Assembly: GCA_038204425.1 (NCBI GenBank)
Contig: JBBRCZ010000011.1
Span: 1-64,000 of the forward strand
Direction: 5' to 3'
Length of the DNA: 64,000 nt
Origin: Spirochaetia bacterium
GTDB lineage: Bacteria; Spirochaetota; Spirochaetia; DSM-27196; Salinispiraceae
The notes beneath the pieces were generated by a model. It did not search any database. It was not told the DNA's origin and saw nothing but the letters and a program-made list of their open reading frames with translations. Of this stretch, positions 9,214-19,220 are shown one piece after another. The position numbers and the translations under genes were made by a program. The first letter of the stretch is position 1. Every line of letters begins with the position of its first letter.

Positions 9214-11328
9214 ATGAGTGATTTCAGCAAAAACATCAACGTACCCGAACTATTTGGTTCTAACAGCTTTAACGACTCGGTACAGCGCGAGCGCTTGCCA
9301 AAAGCGGTCTACAAACTTCTCAAGGAAGTTCAGATTGGTAAGTCGCGCCTAACTAACGAAACTGCCGACGTAGTTGCCAACACGATGAAAGACTGGGCAC
9401 TGGAACGTGGCGCCACTCACTATACGCACTGGTTTCAACCACTTACAGGCATAACAGCTGAAAAGCACGACTCATTTATTTCTCCAAGCAGTGATGGCAA
9501 GATCCTGATGGAGTTTTCTGGCAAGGAACTGATCCAAGGTGAGCCCGACGCATCGAGCTTCCCTTCTGGCGGTTTGCGAGCGACATTTGAAGCTCGTGGT
9601 TACACCGCTTGGGATACAACCAGTCCTGCCTTCCTCAAATCCGATGCCTCTGGCGTTACTCTCTGTATTCCAACCGCCTTTGTTGGTTACCATGGTGAGG
9701 CCCTTGATAAGAAAGTACCGCTCTTGCGTTCAATTGACGCGCTCAATGCCCAAGCTTTGCGAGTATTGCGAGTCCTTGGAAACACAAGTGCCACGCGCGT
9801 TGTAACTACCGTAGGCCCTGAGCAAGAATACTTTTTGATAGACGCTGATTTCTATAGTCAACGACCAGACCTGCTGCTCAGTGGTCGCACTGTTTTGGGC
9901 ACTATGCCTTCCAAGGGCCAAGAACTTGAAGATCACTACTTTGGAGCAATTCCAGAAAAAGTAATCAGCTTTATGCGTGAGTTTAACAATGAACTCTGGA
10001 AACTGGGAATAACCGCCAAGACACAGCACAACGAAGTAGCGCCGCACCAGTACGAAATCGCGGTAATATACTCCAGCTCCAATGTGGCGGCCGACTCAAA
10101 CCAATTGGTCATGGAAACTATCCGTAAGATTGCAACCCGCCATGGACTGGCAGCACTCTTGCATGAGAAGCCTTTTGCCGGTGTAAACGGTTCTGGTAAG
10201 CACAACAACTGGTCTTTGGGATCTGACGATGGCCAGAACTTGCTTGACCCTGGTAAGACGCCCTCAGAAAATACACAGTTTCTCTTGTTCTGCACTGCAG
10301 TAGTTGAAGCAGTAGACACCTATGCACTTTTGCTGCGAACCGCTGCTGGTAACCCCGGCAACGACCATCGATTGGGCGCCAATGAAGCTCCACCTGCAAT
10401 TATATCAATCTTCCTTGGCGCACTTGAAGAAATATTGGAAGGCATCAGCACTGGCAAGGAAGTTAAGTCCAAAGAAGGTCAAAAATTGGTGCTCGGCAGT
10501 AACTCGCTACCAGATCTACCAAAGGATCTTACTGACCGTAACCGAACATCACCTTTTGCGTTTACTGGTAATAAATTTGAGTTCCGCATGTTGCCTTCTG
10601 GCGACTCGGTTTCTGGATCCAATGTTGTGCTTAACACTGCGGTTGCAGAGATCTTATCTCGCTACTGTGACCGACTAGAAAAAGCTACGGATGTACTTGC
10701 AGAAGTTAAGAAGATCATTGTTGATCAATACAAGGCACACAAGCGCGTTGTATTTAATGGCAACGGTTACTCCAAGGAATGGGAAGAAGAAGCAGCTCGC
10801 CGTGGCTTACCTAACGTCAAAGCTTGGGTTGACTGCATCCCTGAGTTGGCCAGCAAGGCGAGCGTTGAACTCTTTACTAAACACAAAATATTTAGTGCTG
10901 AAGAACTTCATAGTCGCGTAGAAATTTATCTTGAGAAGTATGCCAAAACTATCAATATCGAGGCAGGTGTTATGGTGGAAATGGTAAAGAAGTCGATACT
11001 TCCATCAGCAACAGAATGGCTGGCCGGTTTGGCTGCTAACATCCAGATCTTGTCGGAGTCCAAGGTGCCGGTGACAGGTCAAGAGGCTTGGTTGGCTGAA
11101 GGTGGTGATCTGCTGACTAAGTCTTATGCCGAACTCGCTAAGTTGGAAAAAGGTCTGGTTAAGGTTCGTGAGATGGAAGACGTACACAAGAAGGCGCTCG
11201 CCTTCCGACAGGAAATCTTTGTTTCGATGGCCAGCTTGCGAAAAGAAGTTGACGCACTCGAGCGCGTTATGCCTGCTGACTTCTATCCCTACCCTACCTA
11301 CGAAGACTTACTCTTCCGCTTTAATTAA
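9214..11328 (+). CDS. glnA: Glutamine synthetase type III
   Basis: [87 protein letters not shown]. Confidence 0.97.
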   Translation: MSDFSKNINVPELFGSNSFNDSVQRERLPKAVYKLLKEVQIGKSRLTNETADVVANTMKDWALERGATHYTHWFQPLTGITAEKHDSFISPSSDGKILMEFSGKELIQGEPDASSFPSGGLRATFEARGYTAWDTTSPAFLKSDASGVTLCIPTAFVGYHGEALDKKVPLLRSIDALNAQALRVLRVLGNTSATRVVTTVGPEQEYFLIDADFYSQRPDLLLSGRTVLGTMPSKGQELEDHYFGAIPEKVISFMREFNNELWKLGITAKTQHNEVAPHQYEIAVIYSSSNVAADSNQLVMETIRKIATRHGLAALLHEKPFAGVNGSGKHNNWSLGSDDGQNLLDPGKTPSENTQFLLFCTAVVEAVDTYALLLRTAAGNPGNDHRLGANEAPPAIISIFLGALEEILEGISTGKEVKSKEGQKLVLGSNSLPDLPKDLTDRNRTSPFAFTGNKFEFRMLPSGDSVSGSNVVLNTAVAEILSRYCDRLEKATDVLAEVKKIIVDQYKAHKRVVFNGNGYSKEWEEEAARRGLPNVKAWVDCIPELASKASVELFTKHKIFSAEELHSRVEIYLEKYAKTINIEAGVMVEMVKKSILPSATEWLAGLAANIQILSESKVPVTGQEAWLAEGGDLLTKSYAELAKLEKGLVKVREMEDVHKKALAFRQEIFVSMASLRKEVDALERVMPADFYPYPTYEDLLFRFN

Positions 11329-11361
11329 TTTCTGTCCTGGCGGGCTATCCCGCCAAATTGG

Positions 11362-11397
11362 AAAGCTGCCAGAACCAAGGTTCGGGCAGCTTTTTTT
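11362..11397 (+). terminator. Intrinsic terminator after glnA (possibly bidirectional)
   Basis: AAAGCTGCC.GAACC-AA-GGTTC.GGCAGC followed by T7. Confidence 0.85.
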
Positions 11398-11399
11398 AC

Positions 11400-11678
11400 T
11401 TATCGGCGACCGGTGCATTTAATAATATGCAAGCCAAACTGGCTGACGACAACGGTCGGACTTAGACTGCCAGGGCTTAACTTTGCAACGGCTTCCTCAA
11501 ATGGGCGTACCATCTGTCCGGGGCCAAACCAGCCAAGGTCACCACCCTTTGATTTTGAAGGGCAGGTTGAATGAGCGCGAGCCAGAGTGTCAAAACTGGC
11601 CCCCCGTTTGATATCCGATAAAAGTTTTTCTGCCAAGGCGCGGTCTTTGAGCAGAATATGTTGAGCTTTCCATTCCAT
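11400..11678 (-). CDS. ppiC: Parvulin-type peptidyl-prolyl cis-trans isomerase
   Basis: AQHILLK, F..LARAHSTCPSKSKGGDLGWF, MVRPFE, QFGLHII. Confidence 0.93.
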   Translation of the reverse strand: MEWKAQHILLKDRALAEKLLSDIKRGASFDTLARAHSTCPSKSKGGDLGWFGPGQMVRPFEEAVAKLSPGSLSPTVVVSQFGLHIIKCTGRR

Positions 11679-11770
11679 GATGGTTTAGTATACCGCCATC
11701 TGATTGAAAAAAACAGCATCTTCGACTATAGTCAAACGATATGTTTTTATGGCCGAGAGATCTTTCAACC

Positions 11771-13228
11771 ATGCATTTCTATTTAGTGGGTATCAAAGGC
11801 ACAGGTATGACCGCCTTTGCCGAACTTTTGTCGGCGCGCGGCGCAAAGGTTAGTGGCTCTGATGTAGAGGATACCTTCTATACCGACGAAATTCTCATCA
11901 GCCTCAACATACCTTTTTCTAGTGGTTTTTCTGCTAGCAATCTTGACCAGCATATCGATTGCGTCGTCTATTCTGCGGCTTATGACAAATCTACTCATCC
12001 TGAACTACTGGAAGCTGAAAGAAGAGCAATTCCTTTGCTAGAATACACTGAGGCCTTGGGCGCCTTTTCTTCTGGCCTGGATTCGTCAGGCGTAGCGGGT
12101 GTTCATGGTAAGACGAGTACTACCGGCATGTGTGGAACCTTGGTTAAGCACTTGGGGCTCAAGGGATCGGTTCTGGTTGGATCGGGAGTTTCCAACTTTG
12201 ATGGCCGTTCAACGTTAAGCATGGGAAGTGATTTTTTTGTTGCGGAGACATGTGAGTATCGCCGTCATTTTTTGCACTTTTGCCCAAGTCGCATCATCCT
12301 TACCAGTGTCGAGATTGACCACTTGGATTACTTTAAGGACTTTGACGATATAGTTGAAGCCTTTGTTTCCTATGGCCTCTTGTTGCCTCAAAAAGGTGAG
12401 CTTATTTTCTGCGCAGACGACCACGGAGCCAGGCTCGTAGCAGCTAAAATAGCCGTAGTGCGCCCAGACATCGTTATGACAGACTACGGTTTTTCTGCCA
12501 AATCAAATTACAGAATCATAGCAAGTCGCCAAGAAGAAGGGCGTCAGGTTTTTTCCTTAGAAGCATTTAAGAAAGAGAACGGCCAAGCTTTTGAGTTTTT
12601 TTTGCAGGTTCCAGGTTTGCATAACATTCTCAACGCCAGCGCCGCGCTCGCCTTGCTGTCATCAATTTATCGCACGCACTATGGTAAGCTCGACAGCAAG
12701 GTAATAGACAAGCTTGCGGTGGGTTTGGCGTCATTCAAAGGCTGCAAACGGCGATCCGAAGTCTTGGGCGAAGTTAAAGGGATACTGTTTATGGATGACT
12801 ACGCCCACCATCCCACCGCTATCAGGACAACGCTGGAAGGCTACCGTCGATTCTATCCATCCCGCCGTCTCGTGGTGGACTTTATGTCTCATACTTACTC
12901 ACGCACCAAGGCCTTGCTACAAGAGTTTGCACGCAGTTTTGGCGATGCAGACCTTCTGCTTTTGCACGAAATCTATGCCTCGGCGCGTGAGCAAAACCCC
13001 GGCGACATATCTGGCCAAACACTATTTGAAAGCAGTAAACGCCACCACGCCAAGGTCGAGTATTTTCCACAAGTGATGGACGCCTGCGATTTTTTGCGTC
13101 GTGAACTACGTGCTGGTGATGTTTTTGTGACTATGGGCGCCGGTGACAACTGGAAGCTCGGTCGGGCCTTGTTTGATGAACTTAAGCAAAATCAAGCAAA
13201 ATCAGCGCGTGCGAGTTACGCCTTATGA
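11771..13228 (+). CDS. murC: UDP-N-acetylmuramate--L-alanine ligase
   Basis: VGIKGTGM, GVHGKTSTT, VAETCEY, DHLDYF, GLHNILNA, DDYAHHPTAI, MGAG; start 11771 or 11741. Confidence 0.93.
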   Translation: MHFYLVGIKGTGMTAFAELLSARGAKVSGSDVEDTFYTDEILISLNIPFSSGFSASNLDQHIDCVVYSAAYDKSTHPELLEAERRAIPLLEYTEALGAFSSGLDSSGVAGVHGKTSTTGMCGTLVKHLGLKGSVLVGSGVSNFDGRSTLSMGSDFFVAETCEYRRHFLHFCPSRIILTSVEIDHLDYFKDFDDIVEAFVSYGLLLPQKGELIFCADDHGARLVAAKIAVVRPDIVMTDYGFSAKSNYRIIASRQEEGRQVFSLEAFKKENGQAFEFFLQVPGLHNILNASAALALLSSIYRTHYGKLDSKVIDKLAVGLASFKGCKRRSEVLGEVKGILFMDDYAHHPTAIRTTLEGYRRFYPSRRLVVDFMSHTYSRTKALLQEFARSFGDADLLLLHEIYASAREQNPGDISGQTLFESSKRHHAKVEYFPQVMDACDFLRRELRAGDVFVTMGAGDNWKLGRALFDELKQNQAKSARASYAL

Positions 13229-14091
13229 AGAGCATGACAGGTTATGGCTATGCCGAAGGCAACGATGGCCGTTTTTCGGCGAGCATTGAACTTAAGACTT
13301 ACAACAACAGATACCTTGATTTGATATTTTCTCTGCCACCGGTCCTTGGCCCACTAGAAGAGCGCTTGCGCGAGACTTTGCGCCAAAAAATAGCCCGGGG
13401 TAGAATAGAACTATTTCTTAGATTTAAAGACCTTCAGGAGCAGCTCAGCATTAGCTTGGATCAGGCCAACATCGAGTCATACGCTGAAGTTCTCCGAACT
13501 CTGTCACGGCTGGCCGGCTTGCCCGATGCCCTAAGACTCGAACACCTACTTGCAATGGATGGTCTGGTACGAGTCGACCGAAACCGCGATATTGAGGCAT
13601 GTTGGAGCTTTTTGCTGCCACTGTTGCAAGCGGCCTTGCTGGAACTTGAGGCAAGCCGTCTGCGTGAAGGTAGCGCCATCAGGGCCGACTTGTTGGCACA
13701 ACTATGCATTATCGAAGGCTTGGCTAGCTCCATGGAAAAGCATGTCCCCCAGATAGAACTGACGGTGCGCGACCAATTGCGACAGCGCTTTGTTGGGCTT
13801 ATGGGTGACCTGGTTGATGAGCAGCGCATGCTTGCAGAAGTGGCTGTCCAACTCAACAGATTGACGGTTCATGAAGAACTGGTAAGACTGGCAGCGCATT
13901 GTGGTGCTGCTCGCCAGTTTATCCAAGAAGGTAAGCAAGCAGGGAAGAAGCTTGACTTTCTGTTTCAGGAGATGAATAGGGAGATTAACACAATAGGTTC
14001 AAAAAGCAGCCTCGTCGGTCTATCCAACGATGTCGTATCTGCCAAAGAAGCTTTGGAAAACTTGCGTGAGCAGGTGCGAAATGTGGAGTAG
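13225..14091 (+). CDS. YicC/YloC-family endoribonuclease
   Basis: MKSMTGYG, NNRYLD, EELVRL..H, GKKLDFLFQEMNREINTIGSK, LREQVRNVE. Confidence 0.92.
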   Translation: MKSMTGYGYAEGNDGRFSASIELKTYNNRYLDLIFSLPPVLGPLEERLRETLRQKIARGRIELFLRFKDLQEQLSISLDQANIESYAEVLRTLSRLAGLPDALRLEHLLAMDGLVRVDRNRDIEACWSFLLPLLQAALLELEASRLREGSAIRADLLAQLCIIEGLASSMEKHVPQIELTVRDQLRQRFVGLMGDLVDEQRMLAEVAVQLNRLTVHEELVRLAAHCGAARQFIQEGKQAGKKLDFLFQEMNREINTIGSKSSLVGLSNDVVSAKEALENLREQVRNVE

Positions 14092-14096
14092 GGCGC

Positions 14097-14633
14097 ATGC
14101 TAAAACCTGGCATTAAGATAGCTATTTCTGGCAAGAGTGGCTGTGGAAACTCCACTGTATCCCGGCTACTCGCCCAAACCTTGGATCTGCGTATGATCAA
14201 CTACACTTTTCGTAATCTCGCAATCGAGGAAGGGCTGGAACTCAACCAACTGCGCAGTATGGCTGAGACTGACGAGCATTGGGACACTAACTTAGACAAA
14301 AAGCAGATCCAACTTGCTCAAGAAGGAGGCTGTGTGCTCGGCTCGCGCTTGGCCATTTGGTTGCTCAAGGACGCTGACCTTACCATTTATCTGACAGCTA
14401 GCTCTGATATTAGAGCCGGCCGTATACATCAGCGCGAAGGTGGCAACTTAAACGCAATCTTGCTTGAAACCATGGAACGAGATAGACGAGACAGGGATCG
14501 CTACCTTAAACTCTACAAAATTGACAATGACATCTATCAATTTGCTGATTTAGTGATTGATACCACCCATCGTGATCCAAAAATGGTTTTGGATGACATA
14601 ATCATCACATTGCGAATCAAAAAACTACTATAA
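14097..14633 (+). CDS. cmk: Cytidylate kinase (short AAA-type)
   Basis: IAISGKSGCGNST P-loop, SRLAIWL, RDRRDRDRYLKLYKID, DLVIDT. Confidence 0.8.
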   Translation: MLKPGIKIAISGKSGCGNSTVSRLLAQTLDLRMINYTFRNLAIEEGLELNQLRSMAETDEHWDTNLDKKQIQLAQEGGCVLGSRLAIWLLKDADLTIYLTASSDIRAGRIHQREGGNLNAILLETMERDRRDRDRYLKLYKIDNDIYQFADLVIDTTHRDPKMVLDDIIITLRIKKLL

Positions 14634-14673
14634 TGAACAGAGTAAACATTCCTAAAATAGCAAGGAGTTCTGT

Positions 14674-15039
14674 ATGGGCAAGAACGTGCTCGTCGTTGAC
14701 GATTCAAGTGCCATTCGTCAAAGCGTCAGTTTTATACTCGAACAAGCGCAGTATCAAGTTACACAAGCCAGTGATGGCGTCGACGGTTTGCAAAAACTGG
14801 CTGGTCAAGAATTTGCCCTCATACTCTCTGATGTCAACATGCCAAACATGGATGGGATCAGCTTTACCAAAAAAGTACGAGAGCAAGAAGCTTATCGCTA
14901 TATTCCGATCATCATATTGACCACCGAATCACAAAGCAGCAAGATGGAGGAAGGCAAGGCGGCCGGAGCAACCGGCTGGATTGTTAAGCCTTTTGACGCC
15001 GACAAGCTCTTGTCAGTGGTCAAAAAGCTGATTGGATGA
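14674..15039 (+). CDS. Single-domain CheY-like response regulator
   Basis: VLVVDDS, LSDVNMPNMDG, PIIILTTE, GATGWIVKPF. Confidence 0.92.
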   Translation: MGKNVLVVDDSSAIRQSVSFILEQAQYQVTQASDGVDGLQKLAGQEFALILSDVNMPNMDGISFTKKVREQEAYRYIPIIILTTESQSSKMEEGKAAGATGWIVKPFDADKLLSVVKKLIG

Positions 15040-15046
15040 GGTAAGC

Positions 15047-15670
15047 ATGCTCGAGATTATATGGTATTCACTTTTGCTCTTGCTACAAGTCGTACAAGTT
15101 AACCCAAATATTGATGTTTCGCGACTGGATCTAGAAGTCTATGTAAATAGTGACTTGGTTTATTCCCTAAAAGTCCAGGGAAGCTTAGTGCAGGGGCAGC
15201 TGATTAACAGCGATAGTAGGTCCGTTTTGGGCGAATTTGAAGCCAGCCGTCGCGTGCCACAGGCCTACCTTATTTTCCCACGTCAGGCACCTCCAGAGCA
15301 GCTAGCTGGCGTAAGCGATACTAAGGCCACCGAAGGTGCGCCGGACAATTTTAACTTAGATTTTACCAAGGCACTTAAAACGCTCAAGTCCTTTGAAACC
15401 AATAGGGTACAACGCTTGTCACTGGATCTTTTGCCGCAATTAAAAGACGATTCGTCCGCCAAGACATCCTCATCCACGCCAAGCGCGACACCCAAGACTA
15501 GCACCACCAGTATCAAGCCGACAGGCACTGCAAGTGGACAGGCTCAAGGGACTGCAAGCGAACAGACTAAAGCTAAAAGTGACTATGGGCTTGAGATACG
15601 CGTAAGTGGGCAGCGCGTTGTGCTTACCGTACCCTCGGCCGGGCTACTGGTATTGCTTAGTTACCGTTAA
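15047..15670 (+). CDS. Hypothetical exported/membrane-anchored protein with Ser/Thr-rich insert
   Basis: ATG 15047 after GAGGT; hydrophobic N-terminus; SSAKTSSSTPSATPKTSTTS low-complexity segment. Confidence 0.6.
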   Translation: MLEIIWYSLLLLLQVVQVNPNIDVSRLDLEVYVNSDLVYSLKVQGSLVQGQLINSDSRSVLGEFEASRRVPQAYLIFPRQAPPEQLAGVSDTKATEGAPDNFNLDFTKALKTLKSFETNRVQRLSLDLLPQLKDDSSAKTSSSTPSATPKTSTTSIKPTGTASGQAQGTASEQTKAKSDYGLEIRVSGQRVVLTVPSAGLLVLLSYR

Positions 15671-15685
15671 GGGCTCAATAATCGC

Positions 15686-16165
15686 ATGATAAGAATTTTG
15701 ATGATTTGCACTGGCAATATTTGCCGAAGCCCTCTTGCGCATGTCGTTTTTAAAGACTGCGCAGACAAGGCAGGTCTGTCTCAACAGTTTGAGCTTGAGT
15801 CGGCAGGAACTCACGGTTATCACATAGGTCAAGACGCCGACCATCGTGCCCGCAAAACTGCCTTAAAACACGGCATTGTGCTGAGCCATCCTGCCCGCAA
15901 ATTGGAAGCGCCTGATTTGGCCTATTATAACTTCTTGCTATGCATGGACAACAGCCATCTTAGGCACGTCAAGTCTATGGCCCGCAATGCGCAAGAAACC
16001 GACAAGGTAAGGCTCTTTTCCAGCTTTTACGAGCAAGCTGGGGCCAATACCGAGGTGCCCGACCCCTATTATGGTGACATGAGCGACTTTGAGGCGGTCT
16101 ATCAACAAGTTTTAGTGCTAAGTCGAGCTTTGCTCAATGCACTTACGCAAGCATCTAAAACTTGA
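15686..16165 (+). CDS. Low-molecular-weight protein-tyrosine phosphatase
   Basis: CTGNICRSP signature and DPYYG. Confidence 0.93.
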   Translation: MIRILMICTGNICRSPLAHVVFKDCADKAGLSQQFELESAGTHGYHIGQDADHRARKTALKHGIVLSHPARKLEAPDLAYYNFLLCMDNSHLRHVKSMARNAQETDKVRLFSSFYEQAGANTEVPDPYYGDMSDFEAVYQQVLVLSRALLNALTQASKT

Positions 16166-18122
16166 GAACGGTCAGATAGTTGGAGCGAACGTAGTCGAGT
16201 ATTGCCTGTTCTTCTTGGCTGATCTGCCCGTCAATCGACGCAATGTCCTCCATCATGCTGATGATCTTTTGGCGTTTGCTTGTGTCATGGGGCATCTTGA
16301 TGCGAAGCTTTCCACCTGTCGCGAGCCGAATTAACGCTTCCATGCTTTCGGTACTATATCCCAGTTGCTTGCCGATTTTGAGACATGCTTCTCGTTCTTC
16401 GGGGCTAAAGATGCCGTCGGCCATGGACATTACCATCAGGTTGGTTAAGGCGTAATCCCTAACATCATAGAGCTTGTCATAACGCAAGGGGTCAAAGCTA
16501 CTTATAGTTTTGATTTTGGCGGTTTCTGTACTTTGTTCAAAGGCTTCTTGTTTGAGTGCTTGTCTAAACTGTCCCGGGCGTTCAAAGCCGTCAACTGTCC
16601 ACTCAAACTTGCCTGAGTTGTAGGCGTGTTTGCAATACGGGCAGCTAAGGTCCAAGCTATCTTGAATAGGTGCACCGCACGACGCGCAACTATGTTGGAA
16701 GACGCTGCCCTTGGCAGCCTTAAAATCACTGGAACGAGAAAGTGACAGTATCCAAGACTCTTCTCTCACCGCCGGGTCACGCAGTTTAGCCTTGCCACTA
16801 CTTTCTAGACTGATTTCCTGCAAGCTTGCAGTAAGCGAAAAATCCAAAAGATCACGATCTGGTTTTTGGCGCAGGCCAGATAGCGTTACCTTATTTAGGT
16901 AGAGACGATTGTAGGCGGTTCTGTTTGAATCTTTTTGTTTATGAGACTGTTCTTCCAGCCAAGAAAAGATTCGATCGCTCACAAAACGGCGCGCGACTAG
17001 CGGTTGTGCCAAGCAGCGAGCGCGCAAAATCTGCATATAAGCGTTGGAGGCTTTATCTTCAAGCATCTGTACGCTAAACGTGGGGTCTTTCTTGCGAAGG
17101 CTGGCAACGTTGGCGCTGAGACCCGCATTGCGAGCTGCTCCATCTTCTACGTAGTCTATGGACTGCGTGATTTCTGCTAAGACCCAGTCATAGTCACCTG
17201 AGTTTACTATGCTATTGCAGTACTGACACTGGCCGCGCTCGCCCATGTCCTCGGGAAGAGGTGAACCGCAATGCGGGCAGTTGTTGTCATTATACAGACC
17301 CCCGTTTCCAGAAGAAGGCCCCGTTCGTTTTATAAATGACCAGTATTCTACAAAGTCTTCATAACCTTCGTGATTAAAGGCAGAATAGCTTTGGCAGACA
17401 AAGCGGTCCAACATGCTGGCGTGGATAGAAACGTGGATAACGTCATAGGGTCCGTCCTGCTCGGCCTTGTCTATGCTCATTTGGTGAATCTTAATATTGG
17501 AGAGCGTGTTTTTTTGTCCGAGCAGTTCCATCATGGCAAACTGGGTATAAAAACGCTGATAGACACCGTCTGAAATATAGCGACGCACACCTTTAAGGTT
17601 TTGTTCCATCCACGCGTTTTGTATGCCAAAAAACGCTGTTTCCACTTTTTTTAGAAAACTATCTCGATCAAAGTTGGGGTTGCGTTTGACTAAGGCTGCC
17701 AAGCCCCCTGCTTTTTGTGCAGCCGAACTTGGATTGCTTACTCTGGCATCAGCCTTGCTCAAACGAGTGATGGTATTAGTCTTTTTGTGTTTACTGTAGC
17801 GAAGATAGAGATAAAACAGCACAGCAGCGCCGAGCAGAATCAATGTGGCAGGAATAGGGCCCAAGCTGGCGTACAAAAATCCAACCATACGCACCAGTCC
17901 CTCTACAATTACAAAAACAAAGAAAAGGTCGCCACCTGAGGATCCCGACGAGCTTGAAGACCCGCCTGAATATGAGCTGCCGGAGCTGGAACGACCTGAC
18001 GACCCACCACCGGCGCCGCCAGCACGGGCGTCGAGACTGGCAGTAATAAAGAGCATTATGCCCAGAATCAGCAATGCACACCTAACTAAGTGCTTCAACT
18101 GTTTTTTTGGTTCTGGTTTCAT
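16155..18122 (-). CDS. Membrane protein with two Tim44-like domains, two CxxC zinc ribbons and a C-terminal TerB-like domain
   Basis: RAGGAGGGS..SG-rich N-terminus plus TM segments; PNFDRDSFL..V..AF..IQ.AW, EYWSF, CPHCG..CQYC, WVLAEITQ; second copy with CASCG..CPYC; ADGIFSPEE and DGQISQEE TerB motifs. Confidence 0.8.
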   Translation of the reverse strand: MKPEPKKQLKHLVRCALLILGIMLFITASLDARAGGAGGGSSGRSSSGSSYSGGSSSSSGSSGGDLFFVFVIVEGLVRMVGFLYASLGPIPATLILLGAAVLFYLYLRYSKHKKTNTITRLSKADARVSNPSSAAQKAGGLAALVKRNPNFDRDSFLKKVETAFFGIQNAWMEQNLKGVRRYISDGVYQRFYTQFAMMELLGQKNTLSNIKIHQMSIDKAEQDGPYDVIHVSIHASMLDRFVCQSYSAFNHEGYEDFVEYWSFIKRTGPSSGNGGLYNDNNCPHCGSPLPEDMGERGQCQYCNSIVNSGDYDWVLAEITQSIDYVEDGAARNAGLSANVASLRKKDPTFSVQMLEDKASNAYMQILRARCLAQPLVARRFVSDRIFSWLEEQSHKQKDSNRTAYNRLYLNKVTLSGLRQKPDRDLLDFSLTASLQEISLESSGKAKLRDPAVREESWILSLSRSSDFKAAKGSVFQHSCASCGAPIQDSLDLSCPYCKHAYNSGKFEWTVDGFERPGQFRQALKQEAFEQSTETAKIKTISSFDPLRYDKLYDVRDYALTNLMVMSMADGIFSPEEREACLKIGKQLGYSTESMEALIRLATGGKLRIKMPHDTSKRQKIISMMEDIASIDGQISQEEQAILDYVRSNYLTVLKF

Positions 18123-18202
18123 GGCTAACTCCTTATTGACTGTCGTTTGGCAACAAAGACGCCGTCAATTGACAGCGTCAAACTGCTTAGACACATGTAT
18201 CG

Positions 18203-19219
18203 TTACATCTGAGCCAGAATGTCTTTCTTTTTGGCATCAAATTCTTCTTTTGAAATGAGTTCACTTTCGAGCATTTTCTTGAGCTGGGCAAGTTTGGCCA
18301 TTGGGTCGTTGGCGTCAACGCTTGCTTGCGCTCCATTGCTAGGCGTGGCTATTTGTCCGGCCATCATCTGCCCAAATGCGACTCCGGCACCCATGCCCAT
18401 GCCTAGGCCTGCTCCGCCACCGGGATTGGCGGCGGCTGACTTCATTGCATCAAGCTGTTGCAACTGGGCGTACGACAGACCGGCGGCCGCTGCTGCCTGT
18501 GACTCGGCATTCATGTCTGCAATGCGGTTGATGCGGCGCATGGTGTCTTCATCAAAACTAGTGCCTTCGATGCGGAAGTCTTCAAGCGCAAAGCCCATCA
18601 AAGAGAACTCTTGAACCAATTTTTCGTTGAGGCCTGCAGCAATTTCATTGCGATTGCGGTCTATGTCAGCGTAGCTAAAAGCACCTTCTGCCAAGAAATC
18701 AGACAGTGGTTGAACTATTCTGCTTCCCATTACGGCTCTAAAGTCTTCAACCGTGTAGTTGTTAGCACCGGCTACAACTTGAGAAAAGAAAGGACCCGCT
18801 TGCGCTATTCTAAAGCTGTAGTTGCCAAAGGCGCGCAGACCGACAGGAAACTTGTAAACTGGGTCCTGGTACTTGATGATGCTTGGTGTGCCCCACTTTT
18901 GATTTAAGACCTTTGCAGTTCTGAAGTAGAAAATGCCAACTTTAAACTCACTTTGGAATGCTTGCATAAAGCGTGACAACGTAGTCCAAAACGGCTCATT
19001 GCTTGTCTTTAAGTCGGTGGTGCCTTCTTCGGTTATTACGGCCTCTACCTTGCCTTGGTAGACAAAAATACAACCTTGGCCAGGTCCAACAATCAGCTTG
19101 GAAGCGTTTTTAATTTCGTCTCCATTGTCGGTCCAGCGGAAGAATATATCGTTTGGACTGGGGTTATCCCACTGAATAACCGAACGAAACTGGTTGCGGA
19201 TGCCTGAAAACAGACCCAT
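18203..19219 (-). CDS. SPFH/Band-7 (YdjI-like) protein with C-terminal SHOCT domain
   Basis: SKLIVGPGQGCIFV..G, KWGT..I.Y.DP, GLRAFG.YSF, Gly/Ala-rich MGMGAG linker, LAQLKKMLESELISKEEFDAKKKDIL. Confidence 0.88.
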   Translation of the reverse strand: MGLFSGIRNQFRSVIQWDNPSPNDIFFRWTDNGDEIKNASKLIVGPGQGCIFVYQGKVEAVITEEGTTDLKTSNEPFWTTLSRFMQAFQSEFKVGIFYFRTAKVLNQKWGTPSIIKYQDPVYKFPVGLRAFGNYSFRIAQAGPFFSQVVAGANNYTVEDFRAVMGSRIVQPLSDFLAEGAFSYADIDRNRNEIAAGLNEKLVQEFSLMGFALEDFRIEGTSFDEDTMRRINRIADMNAESQAAAAAGLSYAQLQQLDAMKSAAANPGGGAGLGMGMGAGVAFGQMMAGQIATPSNGAQASVDANDPMAKLAQLKKMLESELISKEEFDAKKKDILAQM

Positions 19220-19220
19220 A

